Virus record (IMG/VR): IMGVR_UViG_3300028388_001983
Span: 9,144-73,143 of that record
Reading direction: 5' to 3' (one strand)
DNA length: 64,000 nt
DNA from: a virus
Both the position numbers and the translations under genes were made by a program. Below the pieces are notes generated by a model, which did not search any database, was not told the origin of the DNA, and saw nothing but the letters and a program-made list of their open reading frames with translations. Below are positions 59,323-64,000 of this stretch, piece after piece (positions within the stretch are counted from its first letter, which is position 1; each line of letters starts with the position of its first letter).

Positions 59323-59795
59323 TATGCAGTAGTTTTATAATCCTGATCATAAGATATTATATAATCAGAATCTAATTTAAATATAGTAATAAGATCAATA
59401 GAACTTGCACCTATAGTAATAGTAGGAGGTGTACCTGATGCATATTTAAAAGAACTAGGTAAGGTAAGAGTTCTTCCACCAGTACTATCTTGTTTAACTA
59501 CAATAGTATACATGGCACCAGATTCTGCATTTTTTATAGAGGTTATTTCAGCATTAGCTGTAAGTTCTAAAACAAAAAGATGCCCTTTAGAGACATCTAA
59601 ATTAATAGCAGCTAAGTTTTTGTGTATATCATTTAAATAAATTACATTTGAATTTATCGTCTTATTAAAAAACACTTTGTCTTCTAATACTATTTTCTCA
59701 CCATCATAAGATATATCAGATTGTTGACTTGACTCACTACCAAAAAATCTTAAAACAGCTTTATGACCTTCACGAAGTTGGGAAACTATTCTCAT
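59322..59795 (-). CDS. Short fibre-tip-like virion protein
   Basis: YTIVVKQDSTGGRTLTLP..F.YASGTPPTIT....IDLITI domain common at phage fibre C-termini. Confidence 0.55.
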   Translation of the reverse strand: MRIVSQLREGHKAVLRFFGSESSQQSDISYDGEKIVLEDKVFFNKTINSNVIYLNDIHKNLAAINLDVSKGHLFVLELTANAEITSIKNAESGAMYTIVVKQDSTGGRTLTLPSSFKYASGTPPTITIGASSIDLITIFKLDSDYIISYDQDYKTTA

Positions 59796-59811
59796 TTAAT
59801 TTAATTTTTGA

Positions 59812-59843
59812 CAAATATACAAAAAATAATTGACATTTCCAAA
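59812..59843 (-). promoter_or_regulatory. Bacteroidota sigma-A-type promoter driving the glycanase cluster
   Basis: TTTG-N20-TATATTTG, exact consensus. Confidence 0.75.
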
Positions 59844-59844
59844 T

Positions 59845-59874
59845 AAAAAGGGGAGAAATTTTAAATTCTCCCCC
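59845..59874 (-). terminator. Intrinsic terminator
   Basis: GGGGAGAA-tttaaaat-TTCTCCCC-TTTTT. Confidence 0.8.
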
Positions 59875-59915
59875 ATCACCCTAATAATTAAAAACTTATA
59901 CAACAACTCACATAA

Positions 59916-60125
59916 TTAGTCTCTTTTTAAAGTTGGTAAGTCTTCACTATTAGGTTTTTTACGTTTTACTTTAAAGACAGCATATTGTTCATATTCAGAT
60001 TTGTCACATTGACAGTCCTTATACTTTTCTCCACTGCCACATGGACAGGGATCATTTCTACCTACTTTTTTATGAGCTCTCTTCCAAACAAAACCTTTAC
60101 CTCTAAGATGTGAGTTTTTCGTCAT
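59916..60125 (-). CDS. Stand-alone SEC-C zinc-binding motif protein
   Basis: [19 protein letters not shown]. Confidence 0.85.
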   Translation of the reverse strand: MTKNSHLRGKGFVWKRAHKKVGRNDPCPCGSGEKYKDCQCDKSEYEQYAVFKVKRKKPNSEDLPTLKRD

Positions 60126-60423
60126 CTGTAATTAAATTATCCTTAGTTGTAACCATCAGTACATCATGTCTAGATAGGTGTGCATATTTCTGCTTTCCTA
60201 TTTTAAAAGTATAAATCTCTTTTTTAGGATTTCTAAAATCTACTATAACATCTCCTACCTCAACATCTTCAATTTTATTACCTACAACTACTACTTCCAT
60301 ATACTTAGTCATAGGTGATTTAACTGATTCATCTGTAGAAATAATCTTACTATCTTTCTCTATCACTTTAACTATAAGGTCAAATTCATGAACCTTAAGT
60401 TTATCAACACTTTTAATTTTCAT
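60103..60423 (-). CDS. GroES/Cpn10-like co-chaperonin
   Basis: LIVKVIE..SKII...[18 protein letters not shown]...LSRHDVL. Confidence 0.6.
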   Translation of the reverse strand: MKIKSVDKLKVHEFDLIVKVIEKDSKIISTDESVKSPMTKYMEVVVVGNKIEDVEVGDVIVDFRNPKKEIYTFKIGKQKYAHLSRHDVLMVTTKDNLITDDEKLTS

Positions 60424-60433
60424 ATAAATAGAA

Positions 60434-60619
60434 TTAATAAATTAACATAACTGTAATAACTACTTTATATCTTGATTCATCATAAGCAGAAGTTATCTTA
60501 ATATCTTTAACTTCTCCAATCTCTTCAAGGGCTTTATTAACTTGTCTCTCAAACGTATCATCATCAACACTTTCAACTGATCCGTTACTACGAAGGTTCT
60601 TAAGGATTTTTACTTTCAT
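60434..60619 (-). CDS. Hypothetical protein (Cse60/DUF2758-like small domain)
   Basis: MKVKIL...FERQVNKAL...VKDIKIT...VMLIY; start moved to 60619 because a promoter overlaps the track's start. Confidence 0.55.
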   Translation of the reverse strand: MKVKILKNLRSNGSVESVDDDTFERQVNKALEEIGEVKDIKITSAYDESRYKVVITVMLIY

Positions 60620-60623
60620 AATA

Positions 60624-60655
60624 CAAAGATACGAAAAATAATCCATAAAAACAAT
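60624..60655 (-). promoter_or_regulatory. Bacteroidota sigma-A-type promoter (probably leaderless)
   Basis: ATTG-N20-TATCTTTG, 4 nt before ATG. Confidence 0.65.
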
Positions 60656-60659
60656 TCTT

Positions 60660-61004
60660 TCATCTAATATATCCCAGTAAAGTATCTATAAAATAGTTAT
60701 AGAAATCTTCTTTCTTCATCATTATATATTCTCCTTTAGTAACGAACTTCTTTTTAGCTTTCTCAGTCTTCTTGAAGAATATAATATTTGCTTCTGTCTC
60801 TTCCAATAACTTATGAACATTGGGCTGATTAATCGAACACTTCATCTGAGGTTTGAGAGGAAAGTTACTAACTAAATCAATTCCTCTAGCATCTAAATTT
60901 CTGCTTTCAGACCTAGATGTAACAGCATCAAAGCCAAACTCTCTTAACTCTTTAGCTACCTGTCTTTCATAATTATTACCTGCCGTCCTATTTCTTGATG
61001 CCAT
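60660..61004 (-). CDS. Holliday junction resolvase-like PD-(D/E)XK nuclease
   Basis: RTAGNNYERQVAKELREFGF, RGIDL, QMK. Confidence 0.75.
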   Translation of the reverse strand: MASRNRTAGNNYERQVAKELREFGFDAVTSRSESRNLDARGIDLVSNFPLKPQMKCSINQPNVHKLLEETEANIIFFKKTEKAKKKFVTKGEYIMMKKEDFYNYFIDTLLGYIR

Positions 61005-61016
61005 AACTTTAAATTT

Positions 61017-61044
61017 AAAAGGCTACCCTCCATTACAGAGGGTA
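61017..61044 (-). terminator. Possible hairpin/terminator
   Basis: TACCCTC-tgtaatg-GAGGGTA-gccTTTT. Confidence 0.4.
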
Positions 61045-61062
61045 TTTAAGCCACTATGCACC

Positions 61063-61665
61063 TTATTTCTCACTATAATCAATAACCCACTCAATATCAC
61101 CATGTAAATCAATATCTAGAGGATTTACTGCTCCAGGTTCTTTAAACATTCCTGGTTTAATTATGTTACTCAATACAGCAACAGCTTCAGTACAATAAAG
61201 TTTTTTAGTAATAGACTTATCTCGTCTAAACCATTTTCCAGTATAAGATTTAATAATCTGCCAGAAAAAATTCATAATATCATATCTAGTCTGTTTGAAT
61301 GATAGTGAAGCAGCTTTTTTAGAAACTTCTTCAACTAACTTCTTACTAGGTACTGGAACAACACCTTTTTCTCCCCTAATCCTACCAATTTTAAAATTAG
61401 TTCTTCCTAAATAACTAGTCTTAAATGGTCTCAATATATAACCATTAGCAACAGCTTCAGCTACATATCTTTCATCCCACATATTAACAATCATAAAAGA
61501 ATGACTCCAATACTTCTTAGGATTAGCACCAATACTCTTCGCATACCTCTTCATGAAAAACCTAATTGCTTTAGAGATAAACGTTTTACTAGTAGATAGT
61601 CCAATATCTAAATATCCAACTTCTGCTAATTGTTCTTTCGTCAATAATACTTCATCTTTACTCAT
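61063..61665 (-). CDS. Permuted papain-like NlpC/P60 (YiiX/YebB-like) enzyme
   Basis: ISKAIR, WSHSF, AEA, YD, LYCTE; His before Cys as in permuted members. Confidence 0.75.
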   Translation of the reverse strand: MSKDEVLLTKEQLAEVGYLDIGLSTSKTFISKAIRFFMKRYAKSIGANPKKYWSHSFMIVNMWDERYVAEAVANGYILRPFKTSYLGRTNFKIGRIRGEKGVVPVPSKKLVEEVSKKAASLSFKQTRYDIMNFFWQIIKSYTGKWFRRDKSITKKLYCTEAVAVLSNIIKPGMFKEPGAVNPLDIDLHGDIEWVIDYSEK

Positions 61666-61793
61666 CTTCCTTGTCCTCTATATTTTTTAACGTAATTTAT
61701 AGAATTTTTACTATAACTGTGTTTATTTTTAGAATGAACACCTTTTCTATTCCTTTTACCTTTTTTAATCCTGTCTAATTTACTAAACGCCAT
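61662..61793 (-). CDS. Small basic peptide (43 aa) ending KKYRGQGR, not in ORF track
   Basis: MAFSKLDRIKKGKRNRKGVHSKNKHSYSKNSINYVKKYRGQGR; ATGA coupling to the next gene. Confidence 0.65.
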   Translation of the reverse strand: MAFSKLDRIKKGKRNRKGVHSKNKHSYSKNSINYVKKYRGQGR

Positions 61794-62043
61794 TTAACAC
61801 AGTTCTTAATTGTTCATAATAATGTTCTACATAAGGTGCTGCAAAATCTTTTGCTCCTACACCAAAGTACATAGTATATTCTCCATCTTCATCAACAGTA
61901 GGAGATAACCAAACATAAGCTAAATATTTTGGGTTAAAAGTCAACTCAGCAACTTGTTTATCCATCTTAGGTTCTTCACCTATAAGTTCGCTATTTCTAT
62001 TAGCTTCAGGATCAATTTCAAACACATATATAGGAACTACCAT
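61783..62043 (-). CDS. Hypothetical protein
   Basis: ORF in operon context. Confidence 0.55.
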   Translation of the reverse strand: MVVPIYVFEIDPEANRNSELIGEEPKMDKQVAELTFNPKYLAYVWLSPTVDEDGEYTMYFGVGAKDFAAPYVEHYYEQLRTVLNGV

Positions 62044-62045
62044 AA

Positions 62046-62228
62046 TTATTCTCCTTGTACTGGACTGTTTGGACTATCTTGTGGTTCAACATAATAAGGA
62101 TTTATCAGAGTATAGTCTGCCCATTTTTTATTAGGCAATAATGTTTCTAATTCTTTTAACAAATCCTTCATCTTAATATTATCTAAAACTAAAACTTTCT
62201 TATCTTTTGTATCTATCTGTACTATCAT
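62046..62228 (-). CDS. Hypothetical protein
   Basis: ATGA overlap with the upstream gene. Confidence 0.55.
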   Translation of the reverse strand: MIVQIDTKDKKVLVLDNIKMKDLLKELETLLPNKKWADYTLINPYYVEPQDSPNSPVQGE

Positions 62229-63046
62229 TTTACTAAATCATTTAAATCATATAATCTTTTATAACCAACATCATACTTCTTATTATAAGGTGTATTCATT
62301 AAGTAAGTGCATATACCTTTATTATTAAGGTCAACAAAAGTCTCAAAAGCATCATCAACAAATATATCCGTATCTAGAGACTTTAAAGCATCACACTTAT
62401 TACCAATATTTACACCATCATCCCCATTAGTAGAAATAGCTTTAACACAAGCAAATCCATTATTTTCTAACCATTCTTCTGTCCATTCTAAAGGAATTTG
62501 CCTAGCAGTTACATACCCTATGGGTTCAAAATTCAGAGTATTAGGGTCTACAAGAGGTTTTAAATTTAACCAAAAATCTTTATCCTCTTTAACCTTTTGA
62601 AATCCTGAATAAAATTCATAAGAAAATAACCAGTTCCAATTTTCAGATTTAATTCCTAATCTTTCTTTAAAAGCAGTAGAAAAATCAGCTAATACACCAT
62701 CAATATCAAGTGCTATTCTTGGTTGCCTCAAATACTTATGAGGTCTATCATCATACTCAGGATGAGTATCGTAGTAACGACTGAGGAAAGCCGCATTAGT
62801 AAGTACGTGATCAATATGCCTTAAGCCAGATTCATCATCATAATCTTTACCCAACTCTACAGCATTTAAATGTCTCTTCAATGAACCAATTACTCTTGAC
62901 CACTTCATTCCCAGTTCCCAGTTACGGTCTGCATATTTATTTGCACCAACCGTAAGAACTTCTGCCAACTTTTCAATTACATCAACTGGTAATAGATCAG
63001 TTCTTAATTTATCCTGATCATACCTTAAACCCTTGTCTTCTTTCAT
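62225..63046 (-). CDS. dATP/dGTP diphosphohydrolase-like (DUF5664) domain fused to HAD 5'(3')-deoxyribonucleotidase
   Basis: GLRYDQDKLRTDLLP, GANKYADRNWELG, SLKRH, DDESGLRHIDH; HAD motifs IALDIDGVLADF, VTAR, FVDD. Confidence 0.85.
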   Translation of the reverse strand: MKEDKGLRYDQDKLRTDLLPVDVIEKLAEVLTVGANKYADRNWELGMKWSRVIGSLKRHLNAVELGKDYDDESGLRHIDHVLTNAAFLSRYYDTHPEYDDRPHKYLRQPRIALDIDGVLADFSTAFKERLGIKSENWNWLFSYEFYSGFQKVKEDKDFWLNLKPLVDPNTLNFEPIGYVTARQIPLEWTEEWLENNGFACVKAISTNGDDGVNIGNKCDALKSLDTDIFVDDAFETFVDLNNKGICTYLMNTPYNKKYDVGYKRLYDLNDLVK

Positions 63047-63060
63047 TTATTAACTTTTAG

Positions 63061-63136
63061 TAGCGGGGGCTGGAGTCGAACCAGCGATCTCTAGCATATG
63101 AAACTAGTGAGATGTCCACAACTTCTCTACCCCGCC
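63061..63136 (-). tRNA. tRNA with CAT anticodon (Met, or Ile2 if lysidine-modified); CCA not encoded
   Basis: GGCGGGG/CCCCGCT acceptor, GAGA/TCTC D-stem, CTAGT-TTCATAT-GCTAG anticodon arm, GCTGG-TTCGACT-CCAGC T-arm. Confidence 0.9.
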
Positions 63137-63300
63137 ACATATTTACTAACTTTACTCTCGTCTATTAAATCTATTGGTAGAATAAAAATATGTCCACCTG
63201 GACCTCTAACCTCAATAAAACCTCTATCTCCTAAAGTCTCATAAAGTTGCTCCTTATAGTAAGAAGTAACTATTTTCAACATTTCTGAATCTTCAATCAT
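63127..63300 (-). CDS. Hypothetical protein (57 aa)
   Basis: Probable start MIEDSE at 63300; last codons overlap the tRNA 5' end. Confidence 0.45.
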   Translation of the reverse strand: MIEDSEMLKIVTSYYKEQLYETLGDRGFIEVRGPGGHIFILPIDLIDESKVSKYVAG

Positions 63301-63403
63301 AATTATTTTTGTCTTTACCAGAACTTTTATATAATAAAAATATAAACACAATAAACCATACTAATAGCCAAGCAAAGTCAGTATAGTTCATAAATTCGTT
63401 CAC
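63293..63403 (-). CDS. Small single-TM protein (36 aa), not in ORF track
   Basis: GTGA coupling; FAWLLVWFIVFIFLLYK. Confidence 0.45.
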   Translation of the reverse strand: MNEFMNYTDFAWLLVWFIVFIFLLYKSSGKDKNNYD

Positions 63404-63549
63404 GTATTATCTCCTATAACGTATTTAGCCCTGTCATAATCATAATACGTATCCATCAAAACATCAACTAAATAGTCTAGTTCTTCTGAACTATGTTCAT
63501 CATATAACATGTTATAAACTACGGTTTCTATATCTTCTCTCAAGTTCAT
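63400..63549 (-). CDS. Small acidic protein (49 aa), not in ORF track
   Basis: MNLREDIETVVYNMLYDEHSSEELDYLVD...; ATG 4 nt after a promoter -7 box. Confidence 0.55.
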   Translation of the reverse strand: MNLREDIETVVYNMLYDEHSSEELDYLVDVLMDTYYDYDRAKYVIGDNT

Positions 63550-63553
63550 AATG

Positions 63554-63585
63554 CAAATATATAAAAAATATTTGACATATGCAAG
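63554..63585 (-). promoter_or_regulatory. Bacteroidota sigma-A-type promoter (probably leaderless)
   Basis: CTTG-N20-TATATTTG. Confidence 0.7.
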
Positions 63586-63616
63586 GAAAATCGTAATTAT
63601 TTTTAAAAATAGTAGG

Positions 63617-63653
63617 AAAAAATAAAATCCCTAAGCAGAATACTCAGGGATTT
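63617..63653 (-). terminator. Intrinsic terminator
   Basis: AAATCCCTGAGT-att-CTGCTTAGGGATTT region forms a hairpin, followed by a T-rich tract. Confidence 0.7.
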
Positions 63654-63678
63654 GGTTTTATTGGGGAAGATATAACAA

Positions 63679-63999
63679 TTAAGTCACAGGCTTCTGCCGT
63701 ACTTTTCTAACAAGTTTTTTCGTGTTTTTGTTCTCTTTATACAACTCCTTATTCTTTTTATCTTTAGCTAATTTCCTGTTCTCTTTAGCCTTCTCACTTA
63801 CGTTATGCTCAATAAACCACTTAATCTTACTCTTCTTTACATTAATAATACTAGATATCAAAGGTAATACTTTAGGTTTAAATATTCTATCTCCAAAAGT
63901 TTTATATAATTCTGCTGCTATCCATAAAGGTTTATTGCCAGTCTTATCAGCAATTTTTTTCAACTTTTCACAACTTACAATAATATTTTTATCAATACT
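63679..63999 (-). CDS. Basic hypothetical protein (partial, 5' end beyond the window)
   Basis: Frame is open to the window edge (SIDKNIIVSCEKLKKIAD...). Confidence 0.55.
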   Translation of the reverse strand, partial: SIDKNIIVSCEKLKKIADKTGNKPLWIAAELYKTFGDRIFKPKVLPLISSIINVKKSKIKWFIEHNVSEKAKENRKLAKDKKNKELYKENKNTKKLVRKVRQKPVT

Positions 64000-64000
64000 C

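Noticed and set aside
47783-59795. Diversity-generating retroelement or invertible shufflon acting on the fibre cluster
   Set aside because: No reverse transcriptase, no recombinase, and no TR/VR pair or inverted-repeat-bounded cassettes seen in the window
3950-62600. Numerous short plus-strand ORFs in the track (e.g. 14652, 16926, 32409, 37725, 39102, 50184, 62307) and minus-strand 292..558 and 56076..56294
   Set aside because: Antisense or off-frame shadows of long, motif-bearing genes with no recognisable features
1-64000. CRISPR array, rRNA, integrase or IS element
   Set aside because: No regularly spaced repeats or matching motifs seen; intergenic gaps are short and explained by promoters and terminators

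Overview
This window is a 64-kb, AT-rich segment of a crAss-like phage genome (Crassvirales, Bacteroidota host). It is almost entirely the minus-strand late/structural region and reads in the standard genetic code. In transcription order (right to left) it contains: (1) small accessory genes, a tRNA-CAT, a DUF5664/HAD nucleotide hydrolase, a YiiX-like papain-fold enzyme, a resolvase, and GroES-like and SEC-C proteins; (2) a ~12-kb mosaic cluster of glycan-binding and glycan-degrading proteins (SwmB/LamG adhesin, PL9-like lyase, PL14-like lyase, CBM5/12, GH5); (3) an exonuclease, an HU-like protein, an intein-containing terminase, portal, major capsid, ring and auxiliary capsid genes; (4) a lysis cassette; (5) ring and IHF genes, a sialidase-like fibre, muzzle, cargo proteins, a giant zincin + virion RNA polymerase gene broken by a frameshift, and a PD-(D/E)XK cargo protein. 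A convergent plus-strand sulfotransferase lies at the left edge. Six Bacteroidota sigma-A-type promoters and several intrinsic terminators punctuate the modules. The most striking observation is that four large glycanase/adhesin proteins carry Sec-type signal peptides and are loaded with the Bacteroidota O-glycosylation sequon D-(S/T)-(A/I/L/V/M/T), suggesting a phage-encoded, host-secreted and host-glycosylated polysaccharide-degrading arsenal. All family calls come from motif recognition by eye; no searches were run.
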